A stretch of 55,682 nucleotides of DNA from the IMG/VR virus record IMGVR_UViG_3300025141_012107. One strand, written 5' to 3'. Shown here piece after piece: positions 25,104-33,670 of this stretch. Position 1 is the stretch's first letter; every line of letters starts with the position of its first letter. Position numbers and translations under genes: made by a program. Under the pieces are notes generated by a model. It did not search any database. It saw nothing but the letters and a program-made list of their open reading frames with translations, and was not told where the DNA came from. This stretch comes from an uncultured virus (IMG/VR IMGVR_UViG_3300025141_012107) (lineage: Duplodnaviria > Heunggongvirae > Uroviricota > Caudoviricetes).

Positions 25104-25991
25104 CTATGCCCCAAATCCGTTTTTTTCTTTGATCTTGTTTATCTCTTTCTTAACAACGTTTACGTCACCAGTGCTTTCCGACTGTCTCTTGACAGAGTCT
25201 TTGACGCTCTTCTGAGCGGCAGCTACGACTGTATCAAGATCAGCTTCGGCAACGCCTGCCTTGCGAAGATTCTCTCGTAAGCTTTCCTTCGCTCTTTCCA
25301 AACCTCCAACAACACTTTTGGCAGTCTTTTCAAGCTTCTCTTTTGCCTTGGCGTCATACAAGAACCAAACGCCAACGCCTACCAAGCCTACCAAGCCTAG
25401 CAACCATACCCATGGATAGGCCGCTGAAACGTAGGCGATACCCAAAAGAGCTACGCCGGAGCCGGCAATGGTTCCGCCCAACCCGATTCGCTTGGTAACG
25501 CCCATAAAGATGATCCCGCCAACAACCAGCAAGGCACCAAGAATGTAAAGGATGCCTTCTCCGCTTTTCCCGTTGAAAAGTTCGACAGAAAAATCAGTAG
25601 AACCTCCAGATGCCTTGGATACTCCGGTAAGACCAACTTCAGGTGCTGATGTGTTAACTTCGCCCAACATCTCGTCGTTAGCTTGGGCAGAAATGTCGGA
25701 ACCCTTGCCTTTGGAAACATCGTTCTGGGTAAAGCTTTCGGCTCCCTCGATGTCTTCTATAACGATCTCTACACCATAGCCTTCGGGAGCTTCGTAGGTT
25801 TCTCCTCCGAATTCGATTGTGCGAGATTTAGGAGCAGGAACAACAGCGGTCTTCCCTGGTTCCGTTATGATCTGGACAGGATTGCTGCCAATTTTGTCAA
25901 GCGTAACAAAACCGAATGTGGTTACTACTAACAGCGTAATGGCTACGATTGTCGCAGTTGACACGTTTAGTTGTCTATCTGATAAAGACAT
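25104..25991 (-). CDS. Multi-pass membrane protein
   Basis: One N-terminal and three internal hydrophobic helices. Confidence 0.7.
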   Translation of the reverse strand: MSLSDRQLNVSTATIVAITLLVVTTFGFVTLDKIGSNPVQIITEPGKTAVVPAPKSRTIEFGGETYEAPEGYGVEIVIEDIEGAESFTQNDVSKGKGSDISAQANDEMLGEVNTSAPEVGLTGVSKASGGSTDFSVELFNGKSGEGILYILGALLVVGGIIFMGVTKRIGLGGTIAGSGVALLGIAYVSAAYPWVWLLGLVGLVGVGVWFLYDAKAKEKLEKTAKSVVGGLERAKESLRENLRKAGVAEADLDTVVAAAQKSVKDSVKRQSESTGDVNVVKKEINKIKEKNGFGA

Positions 25992-26260
25992 TATTTCTTC
26001 CCTCCTTTTTCACTATTCTCTCCCGGTCTACGGGCTTTGATATTTGAATCAGGAGTCGCTGGAACCGTCCCGAACTGAGGGCTACCAGGTGGAAGGATGC
26101 GTAGAGTCTTTCGTCTAACATTTTGTTCTCTTATGTCTTCGGTATTTCTAGTAGCCTCTGCACTTGCTCCAGTTATTTTCGTACTTGCGAAATACTGGCA
26201 TCCCGCTAACGACAGAATGAACAGAAATGCGAGGGCAGCGACCAACTTTCTGTAGGCCAT
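25991..26260 (-). CDS. Putative lipoprotein
   Basis: Signal peptide with LAGC lipobox. Confidence 0.65.
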   Translation of the reverse strand: MAYRKLVAALAFLFILSLAGCQYFASTKITGASAEATRNTEDIREQNVRRKTLRILPPGSPQFGTVPATPDSNIKARRPGENSEKGGKK

Positions 26261-26408
26261 AACCTTCTCCTTTCGACGAAAGGGCTTCTATATTCCCTTC
26301 TGCCCATATATCCGATTCCCTCTATTTATGAGAAAGAATGACCAGAAGTATTGTGTACTTCTAAGCTTGGACAATTACCTTATTATCGGCTTTTTTACCT
26401 ACATCCAA

Positions 26409-26615
26409 TCAGGTTGGGGGAATAGCAAAAACATGTCTTGTTAGATGTGGGTCAACGAACTCGGCATATTCCCGTCCGTTCCCATATTCAAATACGTTGC
26501 TATACCAACACGCAAACCATTGATCATTTGTTGTCTGAACTAGGAACTTCTGATTCTTACCCTTTTCCGCAGTCAATGCCTCTACCTCATTGATGGAAAC
26601 CGGCTGAAGTACCAT
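26409..26615 (-). CDS. Hypothetical protein
   Basis: ORF with GGGAG RBS. Confidence 0.5.
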   Translation of the reverse strand: MVLQPVSINEVEALTAEKGKNQKFLVQTTNDQWFACWYSNVFEYGNGREYAEFVDPHLTRHVFAIPPT

Positions 26616-26665
26616 GTGTCTTTCTCCCTAAATGACCCACGCTGGTGGTTCTTTGACTTTCCTTT

Positions 26666-26980
26666 TTACATAAGACATGGGGTCTTTGCGACTCTTTTTT
26701 TATCCTGCCACATCTTGGCAAAGTCGCCAGGTCGCAGACCGACCTGTTTCACAATGTATTCAGCAATATTCTTAGCATTGCTGCCCCAAAAAGACTCTGC
26801 TTTAATAGAGATGCTATGATTAGTAATAGGGTGGGTCCATTTTTCATGAGACCCACTAGTACCTTGGTACTGATAACCTATACTTTGTAAAAATCTGGTT
26901 ATCTCCCGATAAGACACGTTGGGCATTTTGGCGGCAGCCTCAACGAGCAGACGATAACCGGTGGAGTAGATAAGAAGCAT
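26666..26980 (-). CDS. HicA-like mRNA interferase domain protein
   Basis: YREITRFLQSIGY...SGSHEKWTHP. Confidence 0.7.
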   Translation of the reverse strand: MLLIYSTGYRLLVEAAAKMPNVSYREITRFLQSIGYQYQGTSGSHEKWTHPITNHSISIKAESFWGSNAKNIAEYIVKQVGLRPGDFAKMWQDKKRVAKTPCLM

Positions 26981-27041
26981 TCTTATAGTTCAGCTAAAAT
27001 GCTCGCCCTCCTCTGTGGAAAATGGATCTCAATCAGTAAAA

Positions 27042-27115
27042 TCGGGGTGACAGGATTCGAACCTGCGACAACTCGGCCCCAAACCGAGAACTCTGCCAAA
27101 CTGAGCTACACCCCG
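27042..27115 (-). tRNA. tRNA-Pro(TGG)
   Basis: Cloverleaf; loop TTTGGGG. Confidence 0.9.
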
Positions 27116-27121
27116 TAGCAA

Positions 27122-27194
27122 TGCGGGTATGGAGAGTCGAACTCGCAACCCCTACACTGGCAATGTAGTATACTACCCTTAATACGATACCCGC
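27122..27194 (-). tRNA. tRNA-Gly(GCC), atypical
   Basis: Loop TTGCCAG; two T-stem mismatches; A73. Confidence 0.7.
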
Positions 27195-27197
27195 TAT

Positions 27198-27515
27198 TTA
27201 TCCTACCAAATCTTTCAAAGCATTGGCAACGTCATTTTTAGTAGACAAGCCAACAATTTTCTTTTGAATAGCCCCGCCCTTAACTAACATCAGCGTAGGA
27301 ATAGACCTGACCTCGTTCTCCTTCGTGATCTCACTTGCGGTGTCAGCGTCAACTTTGATAAACTTAACCTTGTCGCCAAATTCTTCTTCAAGTTCATCAA
27401 GCGTAGGCTTGAATATCTTGCATGGTTGACACCATTCGGCTGAGAAGTAAACCAATACCGGCTCACTGCTTTCGAGAACCTCAGTTGCGTAACTGTCATT
27501 CGTTGCTTGAATCAT
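27198..27515 (-). CDS. trxA: Thioredoxin
   Basis: WCQPC active site, SIPTL. Confidence 0.95.
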   Translation of the reverse strand: MIQATNDSYATEVLESSEPVLVYFSAEWCQPCKIFKPTLDELEEEFGDKVKFIKVDADTASEITKENEVRSIPTLMLVKGGAIQKKIVGLSTKNDVANALKDLVG

Positions 27516-27906
27516 CTTTCTTTCCTTCGTTTTGCCTCAACTGTTCTAAAAGTCTTTCGGCAAATAGTAGATTAACCTTCGCAGCCTTGTCCGACTGTTG
27601 GCCTATGAGTGTATCAAACAAAGGCCGAGCGACCTTGTAAAGCGAATGTTTTAGACGATCAGATATCTTGATTTCGCCCAAGATCCCATACTGATTGGCA
27701 GGAGCGGGAGTGCAATGGTCTCTACCGGCATTGACATAAACAAACATACCCGTATCACGATGTCTCAACCAAGATGGGTCATGGTCGTCGTAAGCATACC
27801 ATCTTTCAGGATGGTTTAGCATACTGTCTATAATCTCGTTAACGAGATCTACATGAACAGGTAGTTCGGGGTTGGCTGAAGTTTTCCAAGAAAACCAACC
27901 CATCAA
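27496..27906 (-). CDS. Hypothetical protein
   Basis: Coupled ORF. Confidence 0.6.
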   Translation of the reverse strand: MMGWFSWKTSANPELPVHVDLVNEIIDSMLNHPERWYAYDDHDPSWLRHRDTGMFVYVNAGRDHCTPAPANQYGILGEIKISDRLKHSLYKVARPLFDTLIGQQSDKAAKVNLLFAERLLEQLRQNEGKKDDSSNE

Positions 27907-28454
27907 TCGTCTCCCCCGCCTCCACCGTCGTCGCCGCCAATCCGACTCATTCTGATGCGGCTGATCTTGAGTCTAGCCAGCTTGTTGCTGTTGCTGCTGG
28001 CGGTTCGAGTGGGGGGTTCGTAGGCAGATTCTGGAGCGGGTTCGGAAACAGGAGGAGGCACGTAAGTAGGCTCGACCGGTTGAACATCGATAGGAGTCGG
28101 AATCGAAACGACGGGGTCGGGGGCTTCAGTCACCGACTGTTCAACAACGTTGCCGATTTCTGCTTGACCGCTGGCGGTATCGATGAGACCAGCCTCTTCT
28201 GCTGCCGCAACTTCATCGGCATAGGCCAAGGCTTCAGCTTCGGTCGGATAATCCCATCCGTACTCGTTGAAATCGTCGAGCGTCATTGCCAGAATAAATG
28301 CTGTCTCCAGCAGTTCTTCGATGATGTCGCCCACTGCATCGTAAAAGACGACATAGTTTCTGCCGCCACGACTGACGGTTGCGAAATGGGTTGCCCTTCG
28401 TTTTGGAGGGGCTGAAACGGTTCCGCCTTTTTTCTTCTTACTAAATGGCCACAT
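27903..28454 (-). CDS. Hypothetical protein with Pro-rich low-complexity tail
   Basis: Coupled ORF. Confidence 0.6.
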   Translation of the reverse strand: MWPFSKKKKGGTVSAPPKRRATHFATVSRGGRNYVVFYDAVGDIIEELLETAFILAMTLDDFNEYGWDYPTEAEALAYADEVAAAEEAGLIDTASGQAEIGNVVEQSVTEAPDPVVSIPTPIDVQPVEPTYVPPPVSEPAPESAYEPPTRTASSNSNKLARLKISRIRMSRIGGDDGGGGGDD

Positions 28455-28466
28455 AATTCCGTCCTT

Positions 28467-28883
28467 TTAATCAAACGGGGTTTCTGTTTCGTCGCCCTCT
28501 ACGTCAGGCAACTGTCTTCCAAACATAGCGAATATTGCATTTTCCGTAATACTCAACGTATCGTCTAGCTGTTGATGAACCTCCGAAGTCTGAGGCATTT
28601 GAGTTGCCAAAATCTTTGAGAGGATGTCAGGTTGTTGAGACAATGTATCATGCTGTTCCAGCATAGACGAAAACATCTTTTCGACTTCTAGACGCCAATT
28701 GTCTAGCCATTCCCGGAATAGTTGTTCTCCGCCGTCCATTTCTTGGTCCAGATGACTCCTAACCACCTGTAAGGTAGCGTATTGGACGAACGAATTTACC
28801 AAGGCTGACATATTGTACAGTTGTTGAGATTCCATTGCAACCCTAATCTGTTCCTGGCCAAAAATCAGTCCATACTTTAACAT
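28467..28883 (-). CDS. Hypothetical protein
   Basis: ORF with GGAGG RBS. Confidence 0.6.
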   Translation of the reverse strand: MLKYGLIFGQEQIRVAMESQQLYNMSALVNSFVQYATLQVVRSHLDQEMDGGEQLFREWLDNWRLEVEKMFSSMLEQHDTLSQQPDILSKILATQMPQTSEVHQQLDDTLSITENAIFAMFGRQLPDVEGDETETPFD

Positions 28884-29112
28884 AACCCTCCGGCACTCCT
28901 CCGATGTCTCTTCGGATATGAATCTCAGCCGCTTTAGCAGTTTTGTCTCCCCATTTCAAACGGCAATGACGAACACCTCCAGTGTTGTGGCGAAACCTGC
29001 GATGAGTAACCCCAACATACTTATATAACTCGTCAAGCCACAGATGAACTTGAGGAAAGGCTGAGCCCAACTCTCTTTCGCAGTCCTCGCAATGTTCTCT
29101 GAAAAACGCCAT
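28843..29112 (-). CDS. His-rich hypothetical phage protein
   Basis: H..VHLWLD...HRRFRH...HIRRD. Confidence 0.55.
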   Translation of the reverse strand: MAFFREHCEDCERELGSAFPQVHLWLDELYKYVGVTHRRFRHNTGGVRHCRLKWGDKTAKAAEIHIRRDIGGVPEGYVKVWTDFWPGTD

Positions 29113-29504
29113 CAGTCGTCAACCATGTTGGTGGCAAATATTATTGCCATCTTCCGCCCCTCGTTTGTTGGTGCGAAGCGAGCAACTGGACTTACTCCGC
29201 TTGTTTCGGCAAAATGAGGATCAAGCTTGCCATTGCGCAAGCATCTTTCGAATATATCTTTGCGATAAACAAGGATCTTATGACCTTCATAGTTTGTACA
29301 TCCGTAATACTTTACTCTAGCAACAACCAAATCTCCTATGCGATCTATGCTCATAACAGAAAAACTACTAGGATTAGGATTCGGCGGAGAAGGTGTTGGA
29401 TTGGGATGATAAACCTCTGCAAGCTTCCAATCGCAACGAGGACAGAAGCGATCTTTGTCATATGAGCTGTAAGAGCTTGAACCAAAAGGTCCTGGCATTC
29501 CCAT
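29112..29504 (-). CDS. Hypothetical phage protein (PNP, GCTNYEG.KILV, LDPHF, ARF.PT motifs)
   Basis: ORF with conserved-looking motifs. Confidence 0.65.
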   Translation of the reverse strand: MGMPGPFGSSSYSSYDKDRFCPRCDWKLAEVYHPNPTPSPPNPNPSSFSVMSIDRIGDLVVARVKYYGCTNYEGHKILVYRKDIFERCLRNGKLDPHFAETSGVSPVARFAPTNEGRKMAIIFATNMVDD

Positions 29505-29521
29505 TTGTTTATCCCTTCAAA

Positions 29522-29594
29522 TCAGACTGACAGGATTTGAACCTGCGACTTCTGCGCCCGAACGCAGTGCTCTACCAAACTGAGCTACAGTCTG
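29522..29594 (-). tRNA. tRNA-Pro(CGG) with 6-nt anticodon loop
   Basis: CTGCG-TTCGGG-CGCAG; rest of the cloverleaf is canonical. Confidence 0.75.
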
Positions 29595-29766
29595 TTTATT
29601 CTAACATTCATTGCTCCACTATAACATGCACATGTTATTGAGCAATAATAGGGTTTACTAATGTCGTGGTCGTCTGGAACTTCAATTTCTTGACGACCAC
29701 GCTTTTCTTCAGGTTTTGACCAGTGAGGTCTTCTTTCGCCGCATTTTTCATATGAACATTTGACTT

Positions 29767-30054
29767 TCATGCCAATTTTCCGTAAACGGCGTTCGCTGAG
29801 ACCCATCCGTTAATACCGCCCTTGTTATTCCCTATCTGGAAACGATTGCCGTTCACTGCTTTTACGAAATGCAGATACTGGTTACCGCCAACTTTGCAAA
29901 GAACAATGTCTCCTTTTCTTATCTCGTCTCTGACGGGTTCGACCGTACACAGTTGCCCAGACTTAACTACGGGGTGCATAGAGTTCCCTCTTGGAAAAAA
30001 CTGAACCGTTTGTCCATCTTTCAATGCTTCGATATGTTTAGTTGCCCATCCCAT
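29767..30054 (-). CDS. S24/S26 peptidase-like small protein
   Basis: GNSMHP, GDIVL, YLHFV, IGNN. Confidence 0.65.
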   Translation of the reverse strand: MGWATKHIEALKDGQTVQFFPRGNSMHPVVKSGQLCTVEPVRDEIRKGDIVLCKVGGNQYLHFVKAVNGNRFQIGNNKGGINGWVSANAVYGKLA

Positions 30055-30056
30055 AA

Positions 30057-30127
30057 CTGCCTCGGTTGGATTCGAACCAACGCCAACGGCTTCAAAGACC
30101 GCTCACCTACCATTAGTGTACGAGGCA
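30057..30127 (-). tRNA. tRNA-Gln(TTG)
   Basis: Cloverleaf; loop CTTTGAA; U1-A72, G73. Confidence 0.85.
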
Positions 30128-30133
30128 TTCAAG

Positions 30134-30206
30134 CTGGCCTGGTAGGACTCGAACCTACAACCGACTGGATCAGAACCAGTTGCACCGCCAATTGTGCTAC
30201 AGGCCA
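30134..30206 (-). tRNA. tRNA-Gln(CTG)
   Basis: Cloverleaf; loop TTCTGAT. Confidence 0.9.
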
Positions 30207-30225
30207 ATTCTTTATTATCGACAAG

Positions 30226-30300
30226 TGGGCGAGAGAGGATTCGAACCTCCGACTTCTACTTTGTAAGAGTAGCACTCTGGCCAGACTGAGTTACACGCCC
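30226..30300 (-). tRNA. tRNA-Val(TAC)
   Basis: Cloverleaf; loop CTTACAA. Confidence 0.9.
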
Positions 30301-30305
30301 TATAT

Positions 30306-30374
30306 GGGAAGCGTCCTACCACTAGACGACGGAGGCCGAAGCCTCCGGCAGGATTCGAACCTGCGTTTCTTCCC
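30306..30374 (-). ncRNA. Circularly permuted tRNA mimic without an anticodon loop
   Basis: GGGAAG-AAAC-T arm (GCAGG-UUCGAAU-CCUGC)-CGGAGGC-UUCG-GCCUCCG-UC-D arm (GUCU-AGUGGUA-GGAC)-G-CUUCCC. Confidence 0.85.
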
Positions 30375-30378
30375 TAAG

Positions 30379-30451
30379 TACCCCATAGCGGATTCGAACC
30401 GCTGTGACGAGATCGAGAATCTCGCATCCTAAGCCACTAGATGAATGGGGC
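30379..30451 (-). tRNA. tRNA-Glu(CTC)
   Basis: Cloverleaf; loop TTCTCGA. Confidence 0.9.
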
Positions 30452-30457
30452 AATGAA

Positions 30458-30530
30458 CACCGCCAGGGGGAATCGAACCCGCCTCCTCTGGGATGAAGGC
30501 CCAGCGGTCTACCAGTAACGCTATGACGGC
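30458..30530 (-). pseudogene. Degenerate tRNA-Glu(TTC)
   Basis: Acceptor and anticodon stems intact; C33; D-stem and T-stem mismatches. Confidence 0.6.
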
Positions 30531-30877
30531 AATTTGTATCTCCAATTATTGGGTCTCGTTTGACCCCTCACTTTATCCCAAACTTTATCAGGCATGAACT
30601 CCAACTTGGGATCTTCTTGAAGCTCATACAAAAACAGTAAACCCTTGTTGATTTCCTCTATCCAATTGGTCAAATGCCAGTTGAACGAAGTCTTACCATA
30701 CCACACTTTGTTGAACGTGTCAACATCGTTACAGGAAACCATCTCTCCCCTACTGTCCAGAAGAAAGAAGCACTCCAATGGGCTGTATCCGTCTTCTGAC
30801 TGTATGATTCCTTTTTCATGTCCCATGGGTCCCAGCTTCTCGTAACATTCCATGTAGAAGTCGTAGAACTCTTTCAT
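30521..30877 (-). CDS. Hypothetical protein
   Basis: 118-aa ORF. Confidence 0.55.
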   Translation of the reverse strand: MKEFYDFYMECYEKLGPMGHEKGIIQSEDGYSPLECFFLLDSRGEMVSCNDVDTFNKVWYGKTSFNWHLTNWIEEINKGLLFLYELQEDPKLEFMPDKVWDKVRGQTRPNNWRYKLPS

Positions 30878-30968
30878 GGTACGAGAAACTTTTACATAGC
30901 TTGGCGCTCTTTCATTTGACTATCCTCCTAGTTTGCAGGGTTCCTATTGGTATTGTCGAAATTAAGGT

Positions 30969-31520
30969 ATGATCTACCTCACCCGTCATGGCAATCGACA
31001 CGATCAACATGACAAAAAGTGGCGAAGCAACTGCGAATTCTCATGGGACACTCCCATATGTCCAACTCATTTCCCAGCCATGCTCAATCAAGCCGAAACT
31101 TTGAAAGATAAGATTGAAGTCGTCTATTCAAGCCCCTTCGTTAGAGCCATGCAAACTGCCTGGGTTTATGCCGATGTTTGCAGCGTCCCGATCTGCATCG
31201 AAGGCTCTCTGTCTGAATGTCTCAAAGAAAAGTGGTTTCCAAATCCTGAGTCATTCCAGTTGCTAACCACCTCTGAACTTGCAAGAAACTACCCGCAAGT
31301 CGATCAAACCTATCAGTCACGCTTTGATCCCAAACCTCCGGAAGGAAGACGGCATTGTCGAAGAAGGGTCAGTCGTTTTCTTGACTGGTTGATCCCTCAA
31401 AATTCCAACTGCCTTCTCGTCGGTCATGGGTTCAGCATCAAGGACTGCAAAGTAAGATTCGGGATGGACGGAAAGATTCCTCCGAAAGGTATTTTGCTTA
31501 CGCCTCCGAACCAAGATTAA
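30969..31520 (+). CDS. Histidine phosphatase (phosphoglycerate mutase family)
   Basis: LTRHG, YSSPFVRAMQTA, LVGHG. Confidence 0.9.
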   Translation: MIYLTRHGNRHDQHDKKWRSNCEFSWDTPICPTHFPAMLNQAETLKDKIEVVYSSPFVRAMQTAWVYADVCSVPICIEGSLSECLKEKWFPNPESFQLLTTSELARNYPQVDQTYQSRFDPKPPEGRRHCRRRVSRFLDWLIPQNSNCLLVGHGFSIKDCKVRFGMDGKIPPKGILLTPPNQD

Positions 31521-31593
31521 ATGGGGCGACTGGATTCGAACCAGCAACCATCAGGATCAAAACCTGAGGCTCTTCCAGTTGAGCTACGCCCCA
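31521..31593 (-). tRNA. tRNA-Gln(TTG), second copy
   Basis: Cloverleaf; loop TTTTGAT; U73. Confidence 0.85.
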
Positions 31594-31603
31594 ATGCGTA
31601 GAA

Positions 31604-31677
31604 TCAGGGGAGGGGGAGTTGAACCCGCCATTCTCGGGTTCACAACCCGAAAGCTTATCCACTTAGCTGATCCCCTA
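31604..31677 (-). tRNA. tRNA-His(GTG), atypical
   Basis: Loop TTGTGAA; no G-1/C73; one T-stem mismatch. Confidence 0.65.
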
Positions 31678-31686
31678 TCAAAAAAG

Positions 31687-31760
31687 TCAGAGTGAGAGGA
31701 TTCGAACCTCCGACCTCTGCGTCCCTAACGCAGCGTTCTGCCAAACTGAACTACACTCTG
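31687..31760 (-). tRNA. tRNA-Pro(AGG)
   Basis: Intact cloverleaf; loop TTAGGGA. Confidence 0.9.
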
Positions 31761-31765
31761 TGAAA

Positions 31766-31810
31766 TCAGACTGGTCGGATTTGAACCGAGATTTTCCTGT
31801 TCCCAATGCA
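31766..31810 (-). pseudogene. 3' half of tRNA-Pro(GGG)
   Basis: TTGGGAACAGG...TCGG-TTCAAAT-CCGAC-CAGTCTG-A; no 5' half nearby. Confidence 0.6.
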
Positions 31811-31897
31811 TAATACGATGACAATTTACACACGGTAGAGCTTAATGACCTCGATCTTTCTGGTTGTTGATGTAATAACAAGTTTGGCTTTCATATC

Positions 31898-32308
31898 TCA
31901 GTCCTTAAAAACTGTTAGCCCATGTCTGTCTTTGACGTAACGATGGGTTTTAACAAGGCTCAACCAGACACACATTGCTTTGTCAGATATGCCGTTGAAC
32001 TCTGTTGTTAGTTGACCAAAAGTGTTGAGGGCATGAAGGTAAAGCTTTTTGCCGATCTTCTTGTTACGCAATTTCGGCGTAAGATGAGACGACCCGACAA
32101 AATACCGGCCATACCCCTTTTCAATGTATAGGTATCCAGCCTTAAGAGGTATCCCCTTTATTTCCTTGCCCTTCTTAAACCTCAAAACAAAACGAAACTC
32201 GTCTTCTTCATCCTCTTTTGACTCTTCCCTAATAACAAGATTCTGCCTCCAGCGAGGCGGCAACTTGATTGGAACAGACTTCTTCTTCTTGGCTTTTTTC
32301 TTGGCCAT
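31898..32308 (-). CDS. GNAT-fold-like hypothetical protein
   Basis: LTPKLRNKKIGKKLY resembles GNAT motif A. Confidence 0.5.
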   Translation of the reverse strand: MAKKKAKKKKSVPIKLPPRWRQNLVIREESKEDEEDEFRFVLRFKKGKEIKGIPLKAGYLYIEKGYGRYFVGSSHLTPKLRNKKIGKKLYLHALNTFGQLTTEFNGISDKAMCVWLSLVKTHRYVKDRHGLTVFKD

Positions 32309-32309
32309 T

Positions 32310-32606
32310 TTACTCGTATCCTATAATAAGACGAATACTTCTATCGACCGGAATAATGGCTGGTGATGCGATGATCGCTTCTTGCGTCAGATACGGCTCA
32401 TTGCCTTTGAATGGGCTGTCTAAACTATCCCATCCGTACGCATCTACTATAGCACAGTTGTCGCAATCGTGATTGTGAAAGCTTTTGTCATCAAGGGCCT
32501 TCAAAACAGCGGCATCGACTGGGTTGTTTTGGTCCAATTTTTCGTCATCAAGATAAATCAGTTGAGCTTCGTAGTCGTGATTGTGAAAAAGAACCGCAAC
32601 AATCAT
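32310..32606 (-). CDS. Hypothetical protein
   Basis: ORF with AAGGAG RBS. Confidence 0.6.
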   Translation of the reverse strand: MIVAVLFHNHDYEAQLIYLDDEKLDQNNPVDAAVLKALDDKSFHNHDCDNCAIVDAYGWDSLDSPFKGNEPYLTQEAIIASPAIIPVDRSIRLIIGYE

Positions 32607-32661
32607 CGTCGTTCTCCTTTATCGGGCCATTTGGCCCGATTAATGGCCCGATTCTTAAAAG

Positions 32662-32735
32662 TGGCCCCTCTCGGATTTGAACCGAGGACCTTCACCGTGT
32701 AAAAGTGTTGCTCTGGCCAACTGAGCTAAGGGACC
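32662..32735 (-). tRNA. tRNA-Val(TAC), second copy
   Basis: Cloverleaf; loop TTTACAC. Confidence 0.85.
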
Positions 32736-32743
32736 TTTTCAAA

Positions 32744-32814
32744 TGCGGCAGTGGGGAATCGAACCCCAGTCCTCTGGTTGGAAGCCAGACATAATACCAC
32801 TATACGACTGCCGC
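32744..32814 (-). tRNA. tRNA-Gly(TCC)
   Basis: Cloverleaf; loop CTTCCAA; A73. Confidence 0.9.
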
Positions 32815-32817
32815 TTA

Positions 32818-32960
32818 AGGAATCTTAGCAGGATTCAAACCTGCGTACTCAATTTTCCGGTTCAAGTACTGCTCAAGCCTAATGCGAAATTCCGACAGTC
32901 CGTACGGTAATCAATGCGTTTGCACGTCGGATACGGATTTTGGCTCCGCCATAAGATTCC
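32818..32960 (-). ncRNA. Enlarged tRNA-like RNA (9-bp acceptor, long D stem, expanded anticodon loop and variable region)
   Basis: GGAAUCUUA/UAAGAUUCC-U; GCGGA-GCCAAA-UCCGU; UCCGAC-[29 nt starting GUGCAAA]-GUCGGA; T arm GCAGG-UUUGAAU-CCUGC. Confidence 0.7.
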
Positions 32961-32964
32961 AAAG

Positions 32965-33039
32965 TATCCCCTACCGGATTTGAACCGGTGTTTACGCCGT
33001 GAAAGGGCGTCGTCCTGGGCCAGACTAGACGAAGGGGAC
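32965..33039 (-). tRNA. tRNA-Glu(TTC)
   Basis: Cloverleaf; loop CTTTCAC. Confidence 0.95.
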
Positions 33040-33041
33040 AT

Positions 33042-33323
33042 CTATTCACTTTCAAGATCTTGTTGCTCTTCTATGAACTCATCCCATTCCATCAATACTT
33101 CACTGCATGTTTTGTCATCAGAACTCCCCCATGGAATGGCTTTTTCCATTACCGTTCCGAATTCCCTTAACGTCTTAGCGTTGGGAATTTCTTGTGGGAA
33201 ATAGTCTGCGTTATGAAGCTCTTCTGAAATAGCTGTAGCAGCCTCTTCCTCAGCGTCTTGGCCGTCTTTTGCCAAGACAGGTATGAGTATCGTAGCTTCA
33301 ACCATGAACAGCCTATCAGCCAT
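33042..33323 (-). CDS. Acidic hypothetical protein
   Basis: 93-aa ORF. Confidence 0.55.
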   Translation of the reverse strand: MADRLFMVEATILIPVLAKDGQDAEEEAATAISEELHNADYFPQEIPNAKTLREFGTVMEKAIPWGSSDDKTCSEVLMEWDEFIEEQQDLESE

Positions 33324-33352
33324 TTAAACATGATACCCGACCAGCTATCACT

Positions 33353-33670
33353 TTATGTTAAGCGAGCGCTTGCCCAAGCTGCCTCTAAGGGAGAGGACCC
33401 AATGATCTCAAAGAGATCTTTTGGATGAAACCCATGAGTCCAATATCTTTTGCCGCTTGAATGAAAGGTCTCAGCCTTTTCATGGCAATCGGGACAAAGA
33501 GAAATGCCGTTTTCTTTAACATATCCGCCGTTAGGAAGTTCATTCCTATCGATGATATGATGAGCATCCAAGGTCCCCTCTGCCGCACCGCAAGCGGCGC
33601 ATTGATTACCATCCCTGCTGAATACAGCAGATCTGAACGATGATCGAATGAAACGCTTGCGATGCGACAT
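33353..33670 (-). CDS. HNH endonuclease-like protein
   Basis: VFSRDGNQCAAC, DAHHI, NGISLCPDCH; start revised to MSHRK. Confidence 0.8.
   Translation of the reverse strand: MSHRKRFIRSSFRSAVFSRDGNQCAACGAAEGTLDAHHIIDRNELPNGGYVKENGISLCPDCHEKAETFHSSGKRYWTHGFHPKDLFEIIGSSPLEAAWASARLT

Noticed and set aside
24998..25114. ORF-track N-terminus of the lamin-tail protein
   Set aside because: It runs through tRNA-Val; GTG at 24997 has a TAGGAG RBS.
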